DNA of 64,000 nucleotides from Octopus vulgaris (GCA_951406725.2 OX597818.1:118296001-118360000), one strand, 5' to 3'; counted from the first letter of the stretch, positions 14,465-27,925 are shown. Notes: generated from the letters alone by a model not told the origin. Numbers and translations: made by a program.

Positions 14465-15146
14465 TTGTTGTTTCGGGTTAGCTAAATTTTATTCGTCAGC
14501 AGAAAGGGAGAGCAAAGCGTAAAGAACAAAACAAATGAAATTTTGAAACGCCACAGCTATACATTTGGTATGATGCATGAGTGCGTATGTGTGTGTGCGT
14601 TGTGTTGTGTGTGTGTGTAGGTAGCTGTATTTTATTCTTTGTACTGTCTTTGCAATACATCCAACAGCGTGTGTCTCGAAACGTTAAAGAGGTGATACAT
14701 ATCTAATAAAATTTATATAGGATAAACATATAGACACCATGGCTTGAAATATCCATACATAGCTGATTCCAAAATCTGCTTCCCTTTGACTGTTGGTTAG
14801 ATGCATCTACATTGTTCCGTGGGTTTGTGTGTTCGTACTCTCGTTAATGCAGTATTGGAATGAGGATTTCGCCCCGACCTGGTGGGAGTGATGTACAACG
14901 ATATCTATTCTTCCTCACGTATCCAAATATCGATTTTGCGTAATGAGAGAAGAATCGGTTGAGCTACAATAAAATGTTTTCGCGATGTATACTAAAGTCC
15001 TTTTACGTTCAAGTTTTAGATCTTGCAGACGATGTCTTAGGGTTTCTGTAGAGACAAAGAAGCTACTCATCAAATACTGTGTCTTAGTAAATTAATGCCC
15101 TAGAGTTGTAAGAAGTATATTGTAATATTACACGAATACTCGTTTT

Positions 15147-15355
15147 CTTTACTCTTTTACTTGTTTCAGTCATTTGTCCGTAGCCATGCTGGAGCTATGA
15201 TTTTAGTCGAGCAAATCGACCAGGACTTATTTTTTGTAAGCCTAGTACTTATTCTATCAGTCTCTTTTGCCGAACCTCTAAGTTACAGGGCCGCAAACAC
15301 ACCAGATTCAGTTGTCAAGCGATGAGGGGGTATAAACACAGACACACAAACATAC

Positions 15356-15394
<39 letters not shown>

Positions 15395-15561
15395 CATATA
15401 CGACGGGCTTCTTTCAGTTTCCGTACCAAGTCCACTCAAAATGCTCTGGTCAGCCCAAGGCTATAGTAGAAGACACTTGCCCAAGGTGCCACGTGGTAGG
15501 ACTGAACCCGGAACCATGTGGTTGGTAAGCAAGCTACTTACCACACAGCCACTCCTACGCC
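15147..15561 (-). mobile_element. SINE family B (tRNA-derived, internal (TA)/(CA) tract, (GTAAAAGA)-like tail)
   Basis: Head ggcgtaggagtggctgtgtggtaag...ggttcagtcc with Pol III A/B boxes; multiple copies in the window. Confidence 0.88.
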
Positions 15562-15807
15562 TTAGAATCGCTTAGAGTAACGATAAACATCTTTTCATTC
15601 AACAGAATGAACTGTAAAATCGATTTAATTCTACTTCTCGGAAATCAATTTCATATGAAAATGGCCTAATACGCCCTGCAAGAATGAGATTGGTGCATTG
15701 ACTCGCTTAGTCACGGGATGGGAAGTTTTAGCACAGTAGAATGTAAATCAAGACATAGTAGACGTAACTAATATATATATTTTATATTTTTCTAAGCCAT
15801 TTTAAAG

Positions 15808-16041
15808 CCTAGCCAGGCTCATGGGCCCGATTTCCCGGGTTCAATGGGGTAAGCGTTCCCCCCAGATGAACGGGACGCCAGTCCATCGCAGTGTTACTCA
15901 TTTTGCCAGCTGAGTGGACTGGAGCAACGTGAAATGAAGTGTTTTGCTGAAGAACACGACGCGTCGCCCGGTCCAGGAATCGAAACCACAAACTTACGAC
16001 CATGGTGCTGACACCCTAACCACTAAGCCACACGCTTCCAC
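15808..16041 (-). mobile_element. SINE family E (tRNA head, V-domain-like gcgatggactggcgtcccgt)
   Basis: A box tggcttagtgg, B box ggtttcgattcc; tail shared with family D. Confidence 0.75.
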
Positions 16042-16069
16042 AGCTAATACCTACACTGGTTAATAAGTC

Positions 16070-16672
16070 AGCATCATAAAGCCAAATATGTTGACAAATG
16101 ATATAAGCATCACCCTAAGTCTGTAAGTCAGGCAGAAATTGTAAATGTTCTTTGGTATTTTCCGGTACATACAGAGAGAACCATCATCTAAAAACAACGG
16201 ATATAGTTGTAGAAGCTTAACAAAATAAAGCTTGTTCATTGATCGATATGACTATTCCTTATGATCATAATATGTCGGCAAAACATTTAGACATGCTTAG
16301 AAAATATAAAGATTTGCTCATTAATATCGATAAAATGTGGCATATCATGGTGGTTACAATCAGTGATTATAATAGAACTGGAAATGACCAAACAAGATGA
16401 AAATTATTTGATAATGATCCCTGGTTTACCATCCTTGCACGAAGTACAAAAGAATGTTTTAACTGGTACGTTATACGTATTCGCAAGATCAGTGTCGTTG
16501 TGAGAGCAACTTTTTATTTAGAGTTATACCAACATAATTTCATTTGATTTTGTAAGTGAACGATCTGGCATGCTTATTTTAATGGACTATCAATGTAATG
16601 TATAAAGTGAGTTTCCTTGCTCTAGGTAACAGAAAGCACTCGACTAGAAACGGATACAAAATTGACAGAAGG
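16070..16672 (+). pseudogene. Old decayed 3' end (RLE domain + 3' UTR) of a Dong/R4-type LINE
   Basis: Collinear with 18419-19015 (e.g. cttagaaaatataaagatttgctcatt vs ctcagaaaatataaagacctactcatt; gatccctggtttaccatcc), with stops and indels. Confidence 0.88.
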
Positions 16673-18856
16673 AAGCTATTCAATGGAATTATGAGAGACC
16701 CAAAGAAAACACCTGAATGGTTAGCAAGTGGCATTACTTACCTACTCCCAAAGAATAACGAAACCAACCTTCCAAAAAACTATCGGCCTATAACCTGTCT
16801 ATCCACCACGTATAAAATCCTAACATCTATCCTGGCGGAGAAAACATATGCATTCATGGAGAAGAACGATATTTTCCCCACTGAACAAAAAGGGTGCCGC
16901 CGAGGCTCTTACGGATGCAAAGATCAACTGCTAATCAATCGTATGATCCTTGAGAACTGTCACAACAAGCGCAGAAATCTCAGCACCGCATGGATTGACT
17001 ATAAAAAGGCCTTCGACAGTATACCGCATCCATGGATCTTGAGATCGCTGGACATCTTCAAAATTTCCCCTGTGATTTCAAACTTCCTGAAGCACAATAT
17101 GTCGTTGTGGAATACGAATCTCCAATTATACCACTCTAATGGAGTACTTGCCTCAGAAAATATAAACATCAACTGTGGAATTTTTCAAGGTGACTCACTT
17201 TCACCTTTAATATTCTGCATAGCCCTAATACCCCTTACAAGTGAATTAAACAGAACAGGGTATGGGTATAATATTGCCAATAAAAAAATAAGCCATCTAT
17301 TTTATATGGATGACTTAAAACTTTATGGTAAAGACAATAATGAACTTGAAGGCCTATTGCGCACCGTGAAAGCATTCAGCGATGACATCGGGATGGAGTT
17401 TGGACTTGAGAAGTGTGCCAAGGCCACTTTCCAGAAAGGGAAAGAGAAGACCACAAATTCAGTCGTGTTAGATGTTGACACAGTCACAAGAGAGCTTGAG
17501 CAAGAACAAACATACAAATATTTAGGGATAAATGAAGGCTCTGGTACTCAGCATGCAAGCATGAAAGAGAAAATCAGGAAGGAATGTTATAGGAGAGTTC
17601 GTGCAGTCCTGAAATCTGAACTAAATGCACGTAACAAGGTGTTAGCTATAAATTCCTTAGCAGTTCCAGTTGTTACTTATAGCTACAATGTGTTGAACTG
17701 GAATATGAGTGAAGTAAAGAATATAGATAGGAAAATACGCAAGCTGCTGAGTTGTAATAGGATGCACCACCCAAAGGCAGACGTAGATCGCCTTTACCTT
17801 CCCAGAGCCCAAGGAGGTCGAGGCCTGATCCTATTTGAACTAGCTTACAAAACAACCACAATTGGACTGGCCAAATATCTCGAAATATCGAATGACTGGA
17901 TGCTAAAGCTCGTGGAAAATCACGAGAGACGAAAGAATCTTCATTCTATCATCAAGGAAAGCAAAAAATTTGCTATTGATCTCGTGCAGGATACCCAAAC
18001 TGAACAACCCGAGGGAAGTACGGCAACTATTGTTGCAAAGAAGGTGAAAATGATGGCAATGAAAAAAGCGCACGAGCAATTGGCTGATAGGTGGGAGGAG
18101 AAACCTCTGCACGGCAAATATGTGACCCGCAGCAAACAAGCTGATGTTGACCAGAAGCAAACCCATCAGTGGCTACGGAGCTCAGGGCTAAAAGCAGAGA
18201 GCGAAGGTTTCATCCTGGCTGCTCAAGACCAAAGCCTATTAACCCGAAACTACCAGGTCAATGTGATGAAAAATGGAGCAGACCCAAAATGCCGATTCTG
18301 CAACGACATGATTGAAACAGTGGACCACCTAATCTCTGGATGTAAAGTCTTAGCACCAGTGGAGTATGAATTAAGACATGACAGAGTTGGCCAATATCTC
18401 CACTGGATAATAAGTCGGCATTACAATATCAAAACTGCCGACAAGTGGTATAATCACCACCCTGAGGCTGTAACTGAAGGAGAAAATATAACCATTCTGT
18501 GGGACTTTCCAGTACATACAGACCAAACCATCAAGGCCAATAAACCAGATATTGTTGTGAAAGACCAAAACAATAAAGTTTGCTTATTGATCGACATGAG
18601 CATCCCCTGTGATCATAATATCAAAGCGAAAGAGTTTGACAAGCTCAGAAAATATAAAGACCTACTCATTGAAATTGAGAAAATGTGGCATCTCAAGGCG
18701 GTTACAATACCAGTGATCGTAGGAGCACTAGGAATGATCAAGAAGGGACCCGAAAATTATATGAGAATGATCCCTGGCTTACCATCCCTGCAAGAAGTGC
18801 AAAAGATTGTCTTAACTGGTACATCACACGTATTGAGAAGAGCATTGTCGATGTGA
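16598..18856 (+). CDS. Reverse transcriptase + CCHC finger + restriction-like (PD-D/ExK) endonuclease; N-terminally truncated, first ~25 aa not from this element
   Basis: NYRPITCL, EQKGC, WIDYKKAFDSIPH, GIFQGDSLSP, LFYMDDLKLY, YKYLG; CRFC..ETVDHLISGC, RHD, KPDIVV..LIDMSIP, KLRKYKDL. Confidence 0.93.
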   Translation: MYKVSFLALGNRKHSTRNGYKIDRRKLFNGIMRDPKKTPEWLASGITYLLPKNNETNLPKNYRPITCLSTTYKILTSILAEKTYAFMEKNDIFPTEQKGCRRGSYGCKDQLLINRMILENCHNKRRNLSTAWIDYKKAFDSIPHPWILRSLDIFKISPVISNFLKHNMSLWNTNLQLYHSNGVLASENININCGIFQGDSLSPLIFCIALIPLTSELNRTGYGYNIANKKISHLFYMDDLKLYGKDNNELEGLLRTVKAFSDDIGMEFGLEKCAKATFQKGKEKTTNSVVLDVDTVTRELEQEQTYKYLGINEGSGTQHASMKEKIRKECYRRVRAVLKSELNARNKVLAINSLAVPVVTYSYNVLNWNMSEVKNIDRKIRKLLSCNRMHHPKADVDRLYLPRAQGGRGLILFELAYKTTTIGLAKYLEISNDWMLKLVENHERRKNLHSIIKESKKFAIDLVQDTQTEQPEGSTATIVAKKVKMMAMKKAHEQLADRWEEKPLHGKYVTRSKQADVDQKQTHQWLRSSGLKAESEGFILAAQDQSLLTRNYQVNVMKNGADPKCRFCNDMIETVDHLISGCKVLAPVEYELRHDRVGQYLHWIISRHYNIKTADKWYNHHPEAVTEGENITILWDFPVHTDQTIKANKPDIVVKDQNNKVCLLIDMSIPCDHNIKAKEFDKLRKYKDLLIEIEKMWHLKAVTIPVIVGALGMIKKGPENYMRMIPGLPSLQEVQKIVLTGTSHVLRRALSM

Positions 18857-19022
18857 GAACTGTTGCTGCTCATGTATTTTAATTTAACTTTAAAAAATAA
18901 CAAAAACAAAAAAAAAAATGAACGAACTACTGAGTTTGGTTTAATGGCCTACCAATATATACTATGAGTCGGGAAGACACTCGGCAAGAAATGGAAGCAA
19001 ATTTGAAAGAAGAAAAAAAGAA

Positions 19023-19023
<1 letters not shown>
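16673..19023 (+). mobile_element. Young 5'-truncated non-LTR retrotransposon, R4/Dong clade
   Basis: Uninterrupted RT-RLE frame, short 3' UTR, ends in a (TAA)n array, the known target/tail of Dong-type elements. Confidence 0.9.
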
Positions 19024-19079
<56 letters not shown>

Positions 19080-19630
19080 TTAATAATAATACGAAGAAGT
19101 AGAAGAAGAAGAAGAAGAAGAAGAAGAAGACGAAGAAGAAGAAGAAGAAGAAGAAGAAGAAGAAGAAGAAGAAGAAGAAGACGAAGAAGAAGAAGACGAA
19201 GAAGACGAAGACGAAGAAGACGAAGAAGAAGAAGAAAAAGCAGAAAAAGAAGAGGAGGAAGAAAACGAAGACGAAGAAGAAGAAGAAGACGAAGAAGAAG
19301 AAGAAAAGGGAAAAACCGAAGACGAAGAAGAAGACGAAGAAGAAGAAGAAGAAGAAGAAGAAGAAGACGACGACGAAGAAGAAAACGAAGAAGTAGATGA
19401 AGAAGAAGAAGACGACGAAGAAGAAAACGAAGAAATATATAAAGAAGAAGAAGAAGAAAACGAAGAAGTAGATGAAGAAGAAGAAGAAGAAAATGAAGAA
19501 GTAGATGAAGAAGAAGAAGAAGAAGAAGAAGAAGAAGAAGAAGAAGAAGAAGAAGAAGAAGAAGAAGGAGAAGAAGAAGAAGAAGAAGAGGAGTAGGAAT
19601 CGAAGAAATAGAAGAAGAAAAAGAATGACG
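19024..19630. repeat. (TAA)n followed by a long degenerate (GAA/GAC)n tract
   Basis: Direct inspection. Confidence 0.95.
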
Positions 19631-20073
19631 ACGACGAAAATAATGTCGATGATGATGGAAAATTGTTATCGTTATTACTCAGACGTTTTTGAATGCTAAT
19701 TAAATTACCAAGGATGTTGTCTTAAGTAAAAAAAACTGAAACTTGTAATCAAATTTGCAAATAACAGTTTTGAAGTCACAATAATCGCCCCAAATCTTGA
19801 GAATATTTCTTAGGAGTCTTGCGATCCGGTTGTTGTAATAAGTGCTATAATTACCACAGAAACAGCTGTCGCATTTTTAATTCTTCTCTATATATACATA
19901 TATGAAGTAGTTAGCGATGTCAAACTTATTATACAAATTATATTTTTAAGTTCATCGAGTTCTTACATTTTGTTCACTTTGCCTCAAAGCGTAAGGTCAT
20001 ATCTAACCGAAGAGACTTTACTGTTACATGTATGCACTTTTGTTTATTTTGACTAAACAGGTAACTCTCTGTT

Positions 20074-20478
20074 TTTTTACTCTTTTACTTGTTTCAGTCA
20101 CTTGAGTGCGGCCATGCTGGAGCACCGCATTTAGTCGAGCAAATTGACCCTGAGACTTATTCTTCGTAAGCATAGTACTTATTCTATCGGTTTCTTTTGC
20201 CAAACCGCTAAGTTACGGGGACGCAAACACTCCAGCATCGATGGTCAAGCGATGTTGGGGGAACAAACACAAACACACAAACACACACACACATATATAT
20301 GCATATACATATATACGACGAGCATCTTTCAGTTTCCGTCTACCAAATCCACTCACAAGGCTTTGGTCGGCCCGATGTTATAGTAGAAGACACTTACCCA
20401 AGGTGCCACGCAGTGGGACCGGAACCGAAACCATATGGTTGGTAAGAAAGCTACTTAGCACACAGTCACTCCTGCGCC
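20074..20478 (-). mobile_element. SINE family B
   Basis: Full-length match to 15147-15561. Confidence 0.88.
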
Positions 20479-20639
20479 TAAGATAAGGATATTATCTAAC
20501 AATGAGAGTCATACGTTGTGAGATATTCTCTGTGTTATATTTTCCAGTAAATCAAGAGATCATATAGAAACTATGCGCAAAAGTTTTCGAGAAACGGACC
20601 ATGTTAGACATGGTTCATCGTTGGACGTACTGCACTCTT

Positions 20640-21030
20640 TAAAAAATCAAAAGTAAATTTTCGCTAGTGATGCCAATCAGAAAATCTCATAGGCCGCAGT
20701 CTGCCCGTGTCAGATGTAGGTCTGTTTCTATAGTCTTCCTTATCCAATTATCACCAACCTAGATTGCGTAAAAGTCGGTCAGGCGTACAATCCCACCAAA
20801 TTCCTAACAAATCAACTCGAATGATCCCCTGTAAAGACATCGGAGTCTAAGTTGGAATTTTTTGAGCACTACTTAGTGTCTTCTATACTGAAAATTCCTT
20901 GGTCTAATCTGTGAATTATCTTTTGCTCGGTTACACACAGATAACACTCATGGATAAGCAATTCTTGGGCACGGCTAAAAAGAATATCCCATTCCTACCG
21001 AGACATCTCCTCATGGAACTCCAACAACAT
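20640..21030 (+). pseudogene. Decayed RTE-type LINE C-terminal fragment
   Basis: FEHYLVSSILKIPW and LGH...LPRHLL..EL resemble RTE motifs CLRSILKIRW and LGHVxRM..LPKQLLYGEL. Confidence 0.4.
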
Positions 21031-21284
21031 AAAAATAACGACTTTATATCTACATCTTTCTTTTACCCATTTACCTTCCTCTGTCGCTTGTACTCTTTGC
21101 AAGTAGGACCTATTAATACACATACCTATATATTTATACATAAAAATTCATCACTTGAATGTTTCCACCTTTTCTTTCTCTCGTTCTGCATGCATACTTA
21201 TATACATATTTTGTATTTGATGTATTTAATATATATAATATATTTGATCGGTCTAATTTGTTTATCCGCATAATTGCCTCTATA

Positions 21285-21319
<35 letters not shown>

Positions 21320-22269
21320 TTATGTATACATTTATGAAACATAATGGCACACAAAGGCGCCTACCTGCCGGAAAGAGGAGTCAAAAACCTCATTTTAACC
21401 ACCAATAATAACACTGAAATATACGACAGAAAAAACAACAGTAGTTGACCGAACGGGCCAAAAACAATATTTCACATAGCTATATAGCTCAATGCTATAT
21501 ATGTCTTGGATTTTGGATATACATGCGTATTACTGGATGAAAACCTTTTCAACTCGTCACGTTAAAATCTGCCGGTGTTCTGAATTGTTTATATATGTAT
21601 TGTTATATATGTATGTACTCATCTATGTGCGTAAGTATTTGTGTCTATGTTTGCACTTCATATTTCCCCACTGCTGCCTGACATGCGTTGATGATGCGTT
21701 TACGGTCCTGTAACGTAGTAGTTCCACCAAAAAAATGTTAACATATGTACAAAGTTTTAGACAAAGTACCGGGGTTGATTTTTTTCGCCTAAAATTCTTC
21801 AAGGCAATGATCCAGCATGACCGAAGCATCCCCGCCCCCAAGGAAAATACTAATTGATATACAAATGGTCCGGAAATATATTTTCACAGGCATATTTTAT
21901 GAGTTAAAAGTACAGGATGTTTCACCGTATCTAACAATGTCAAATATCGTTTACATCTCGAAGATAGCGTCTTGGTCGAGAATGTGTTAACTGATCTATC
22001 GAAAATTTGGATAAAGACTTGGATCTGGAAAATACATAATTTAATACACCGAACATTAATAAACATCTGAGACAGCACTCTTGTCAATACAGACGTACAA
22101 CCACCCACCCACCCACAACATTCCAAATGACGTATGTTTAATAAGTATAGTTTAACATTCTGAAATATATACCTAGTGCAAATATAATTAACTGTACAGT
22201 TATATTTCAGAGCAAGAAAATAGCTTAAGACAATTATGTCCACCTACCCATCCATACAGTTATGCATCT

Positions 22270-22618
22270 ATCCGTCGGTTACGACGACGAGGGTTCCAGT
22301 TGATCCAATCAACGGAACAACCTAACGTGTAAGTGGCTGAGCACGCCACAGAATGTGTACCTTGAACGTAGTTCTCGAGGAGATTCTGCGTGACACAGAG
22401 CCTGACAGGGGTGGCAATTCGAGCTATAGGTACAACAGGAACAGGAGGAAAGTTGTGCTGAAAAAGTACAGCAGGGTTCGCTACCACCCACTGCCGGAGC
22501 CTTGTTGAACTTTAGCTATTTTTGCTCAAAAACCCTCTCGGCGACTGATCTGGGAATCGAAACTGCGATCCTATGGCTACTTGTTCGCTGCCCTAAACAC
22601 TGGTTCATTGCGCCCCTC
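22270..22618 (-). mobile_element. SINE family C (tRNA-Arg-like head)
   Basis: Homologous to 26635-27028. Confidence 0.8.
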
Positions 22619-22924
22619 CTATATATATGTGTGTATATATATGTATATATATATATGTATATATATATAAATATTTGTATATATCCCGTGTAAATACAAC
22701 GTGGGTCTAAGGACACGAACCAAAACATCTGACATTTTATTTATAGTACTTTATTGTTGCTTTTGTTCATCATGTACAAATAGGTATGTGTGATCTTATT
22801 CTATTTTATTCAATGTTTAAAAATATTCAAGCAATTAGAAAACACCTGGGTGAATAGGACTTATTTTGTATACAACATGGATTCTCTCCTCCATGAATAA
22901 CCATACAGTTTATTTGTTTATGCT

Positions 22925-23209
22925 TGTTCCTTCTCGAGCCATACCTGGCTCATAGGGCCAGTTTCCCGGTTTCCTTGGAGTATAGGTTCCTCACCTGGAG
23001 GGGACGCCGGTCGGTCGCAGGTGAGCGGCAAGATGCAGGAGGAAAGAGGGAGAGAAAGGTGTGGCGAAAGAGTCAGCAGACGTTCGCCATTACCGCGTGG
23101 AGCTTAAGTGTTTCGCTCATAAACACATATATCACCCGGTCTGAGATTCGAACCCTCGATCCCTCAACCGCGAGTCCGCTGCTCTGACCACTAGGCCATG
23201 TACCTCCAC
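22925..23209 (-). mobile_element. SINE family D
   Basis: Head gtggaggtacatggcctagtgg...ggttcgaatc; matches copies at 33424 and 56389. Confidence 0.85.
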
Positions 23210-23572
23210 TTATTTATTTATAGTGATAAAGATTTTGTGTATACATAAGCTGACTCCTTTCATCAAAACGGTATTACCTTTACAGGTTCGTGGCGTGCTA
23301 CACGTTAGATGACAAAACAATCATGGAGCACCGTCAAATGATGTCTTTTGCACAAGAACACAATATAGTTCCCGTCTGGAATTCGAAAGCACGATCTCGC
23401 AATCTAGAATGCAACAGACAACAACAGATAATGAGCGATAAAATAAGTTTCGAGAAATGGCAATTAGGACTCTATTATTCTCGTGTTCACCAGTTCTGTA
23501 TTTCCATCTCTATTTTCCACGTTCTTTTAAGAACGCACACCAACACACACACGCATATATGTATATATATAC

Positions 23573-23647
<75 letters not shown>

Positions 23648-25846
23648 AGTGTGTGTGTGCGCGTGAATATTCATATATATATTAACTTCGAAGTCACTGT
23701 TAACCTTGTTATTTTAAATGAATAATCTCTAATAAACTATATTGGTCAATTCTTCAGTTTAAGAGCAAATATTTTTATAGGTACTTGCCAAACTTACATT
23801 CATATACATAGGTGAATATCATATACTTACTTACACGCACACACACACACACACGCATATACTAGAGTGAGCAAGAGAGAGAGACAGAAAGAGAGAGAGA
23901 GACAGAGACAAAGAGAGAAACCGAAGCAGAGATAAGAGAGAGAAATATCTCTGTGCGTGTGAAGAAATCTTCAATATATGTTTCAATGTTTTAGTATATA
24001 AAGGAATATATTTAATAGAATCTAAATTTCCTTATAAATATTTCGCCCTTTTAAACATCGTCAACAAGCGGCATTTGGCTTGACACCATCGCCAGTCCCA
24101 TGCGTACATACCGCTTGCTTCTTAACTCTTCCTATTTTTGTAGGCGTGGAATCGTGTATATGTTGTAGACAAGCTATGGCAACATTAATCTGTCTATGTA
24201 ATTCTAGGCCTTTCTCTATGTACGATTACAAGCACATATTTCTGGTGCGATTATGTAACTGTCGACATGAGCTTATAATGAAATACAACACTGAAAATGT
24301 GACAGCTATAATTCAGCTTCTTTCAGGATCAAAAGCCATAGACCGAATCTACATTCTAAAGTCGCCTTTTCAAAATAAACATACGATCTGAGTGCTTCTT
24401 TGCGCCCATCACTAATGTATAGTACTGGTACTCTATGTATATATATATATATATATATTGTATGTGTGTGTGTGTGTATATCGTCCACCTACCTTATTCT
24501 TTAACAGATTGACACGAATTCTTTTCTGATTGATCATGGCGGAAACGGTTGTTCAAAGCATACAATGTAATAAAAATGTACGTAGCACACATCATATTTA
24601 TTTGTAGTTGATCATATATAATATCTGTTTAGCTGAGCTTTATTTTACCTAAATTTCTTGGTTGTACAAAACGTTAATGGCACTAGATTATTCGGAGATG
24701 GAATTTAAGAAATTTTAAATAATGAAAATCGATTCTAGATGAGAGTAATTATGTGTCGATAAGCCATTACATGACAAATGATCGTCGTGGCGTACGTAGT
24801 CTGATTGCTGGTGGGAGTTACTCAGTGATTGTGCGGTGTGAGATATTTCAGCGACATCAGCTATTTACATTAGGATGCTACACCTAGTAGGGGAAAAGAA
24901 TATATTGTCATCAGTCAGTCGTGATTTTGTAAGATGTAGTATTTCAGCGATAAGTTTTACCACGTGGTATTTGTGTTCGTAAAGCGGCGAGCTGACAGAA
25001 ACGTTACCGAACGGTGGCTCCTGAGAGCCTAGTTTTAAACAAGCAAATATCCATTTAACGTTCAGTTGCTAACATTTCGAAGACACGAGTTGGTGTGTGA
25101 AATGGAGATTGCGACCTTGCCTGTTTCCATCCGAAATAGCAAACTATGCAGGAAGAGTTTTATTGAAATGCTATTAGATACTTTTCAATTAAATTATGAT
25201 ATCTGGGAGAATTTGAATTTTTTAAAAATTTCTATCAAAAATCTCCTTACAAAATTTTGTGCGACATCTTTATAATATGGAAGGTTAAGTGCAATTACCA
25301 TTTTTATAAATCACGGTTTAGCAGCAGCTTGGGGCAAACATTATACACATCACTAAAGCTTATCACTAAAGTCATTTCTTGCTGGTGACTCGTTATATTG
25401 TGATATGACTTCGTTGACTTTCTCTCTCCTCGCCAGTCGTTTGAAATATCTTGTCACGCACCTGAATATGCTTCTACTTACACCTGTGCTTGCTTACAGT
25501 GTCTATAAATGGAAAGTTTCCTATTTTGGCTTTCTAAGTTGGTAATACCTGCTGGTCAAGAGGTCTATCGGGACGTCCATGGAGTTGACACATCTTAAAT
25601 TGATGGAAAGAGATACAGGTATGCTGAACACATTGAATATGTTTACAAGGTTTTTTGCGAATGTATCCATGGAATAGAAATGTCTTTAGGTGGCGAATTG
25701 ACTTGATCTACTTCATTAAAGGAAATTGGATTTATAAGCCTTAAGCATAATAAAGAGGGAACACAGAGAATCAATTTAGAAGTTTTTTAGTTTTAGGACA
25801 GTAGGTTTTTTCTTCCTCTTCCGTGTATATCTCTTTCTCTTTGACA

Positions 25847-26223
25847 CTTTTACTTGTTTCAGTCATTTGACTGTGGCCATGCTAGAGCACCACCTTTAGT
25901 CGAGCAAACAGACACCAGGACTAATTCTTTGTAAACCTAGTACTTATTCTATCGGTGTCTTTTGCCGAACCGCTAAGTTACAGGGACGTAAACACACCAG
26001 CATCGGTTGCCAAGGGATGATGGGGGGACAAACACAAATAAAAACATACACAGACACACACATATACATATATACATATATACGACGGACTTCTTTCAGT
26101 TTCCGTCTGCCAAATCCACTCACAAGGCTTTGGTCTGCTCGAGGCTGTAATAGAAGACACTTGCCCAAGGTGCCACTGAACCCGGAACCATGCGGTTCGT
26201 AAGCAAGCTACTTACCTCACAGC
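25847..26223 (-). mobile_element. SINE family B
   Basis: Match to other family B copies. Confidence 0.87.
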
Positions 26224-26634
26224 ATGATATCTGGTATTATTATCGGTGTAAATAATCTTTTATATATATAGAGATGTTTTCTACACCTCCATTCCTTCTT
26301 TTGAAGGAGAAAGTATACATTTGGTAACTGGTAAATGTGAATCTCAGATAATTGCTTCAAACGTTCGGGTATGGGTTACAACGATGCCAAAATCTTACGT
26401 GTTGATGGCATTCATCAAATGATCTTCGAAGTGATCAACTTGCTGTATCTTATATGAGTGTCTTCGTGATTTGAAGAGGAAATTTCTCTGCGTGCCTGTT
26501 TGCACTTGGATTTTCTACGAACTGAGATAGCATCAAATACGTTTCAGCACAGTTATAATTTCCTCGGAAAGATGTGAATTTGAACTAGTTTAACGTGCTG
26601 ACTTTTTATGGATAGATTCCTATCCATAATTAGT

Positions 26635-27028
26635 TTTGGATTTGGAAGCACTCCGTCGGTTACGACGATGAGGGTTCCGGTTGATCCGAATCAACGGAAC
26701 AGCCTGATCGTGAAATTAACGTGTAAGTGGATGAGCACACCACAGACACGTGTACCCTTAACGTAGTTCTCGGGGATATTCAGCGTGACACAGAGAGTGA
26801 CAAGGCCGGCCCTTTGAAATACAGGTACAACAGAAACAGGAAGTAAGAGTGAGAGAATGTTGTGGTGAAAGAGTACAGCAAGGATCACCACCATCCCTGC
26901 CGGAGCATCGTGGAGCTTTTTAGGTGTTTTCGCTCAATAAACACTCACAACGCCCGGTCTGGGAATCGAAACCGCGATCCTATGACCGCGAGTCCGCTGC
27001 CCTAACCACTGGGCCATTGCGCCTCCAC
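26635..27028 (-). mobile_element. SINE family C, full length, with TSD
   Basis: tRNA-like head gtggaggcgcaatggcccagtggttagggcagcggactcgcggtc...ggtttcgattccc; 11-bp TSD ccataattagt at 26624 and 27029. Confidence 0.9.
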
Positions 27029-27925
27029 CCATAATTAGTATCAGAACCACTAATTCAAATGAGAGAACACACGAAGAAAAGTAGAACTTCACAAATTTGT
27101 TCGACGTTACATGTGTTTCATAATTTCGTCTCAGCTACACCCCAGTTTCGTAGGTGTAGAACATGTGTACATCATCAAAACAGAAAGAATGCAACCATAC
27201 ACACCTAAACTCATGCGTTAAGGCTTCATGGAGTGCAATGCTGCACCCATAAACTTTGTGGAAACCTCAATGAATTTTGGAGATGAAGGAATACAGCCAA
27301 AGCGAGAACGCTCGAAATTAAGTTGACACCACAAAATTGTAAAATGTGATGGTATTACACGCGGGTAAGAATATAGAAAAAAGTTGAAAATGCACTTGGA
27401 GTCGTTCAGACCATTCATTTTTAAAGGTTTGACTGGTTTCAGACATTTTAAGGATTTCCAAAATTTCAGTGAGACGAAAATTTTTCAATTTCGCTGCACG
27501 CATATATCTTTGCCAGCATGCATTCCAATGAAGTTTTATATAACAATCGTAACACTATCGAAAGTTGTTTCCAGAAAATATTGGTTCCTCTTTGAACTTC
27601 TATTTCTTATTATATATATATATAAAGAGATAGAGAGAGAGAGACAGACAGACAGAGACATACAGAGGGGCAGCGAGAGAGATATATATCATATATTCTT
27701 TTATTCTTTTATTTGTTTCAGTTATTTAACTGCGGCCATGCTGCAGCACCGCCTTCAGTCGCGCAAATCGACCCCAAGATTTATTCTTTGTTAGCATAGT
27801 AATTATTCTATCTTTCTTTTGCTGAGACGATAGGTTACGGGGACGTAAACGTACCAGCATCGGTTGTAGAGCGATGATGGCGGGCGTGGACAAACCCCGA
27901 CACACAAGCATACACACACATATGC

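Noticed and set aside
17323-18568. Minus-strand ORFs overlapping the LINE
   Set aside because: Antisense shadows of the RT ORF.
19092-19699. Poly-Glu/poly-Lys reading frames
   Set aside because: (GAA)n microsatellite with no splice or start context.
26955-27028. tRNA-Arg-like gene (also 23140-23209, 53363-53430, 56389-56460)
   Set aside because: These are SINE heads continuing into SINE bodies with TSDs; no proper acceptor stem.
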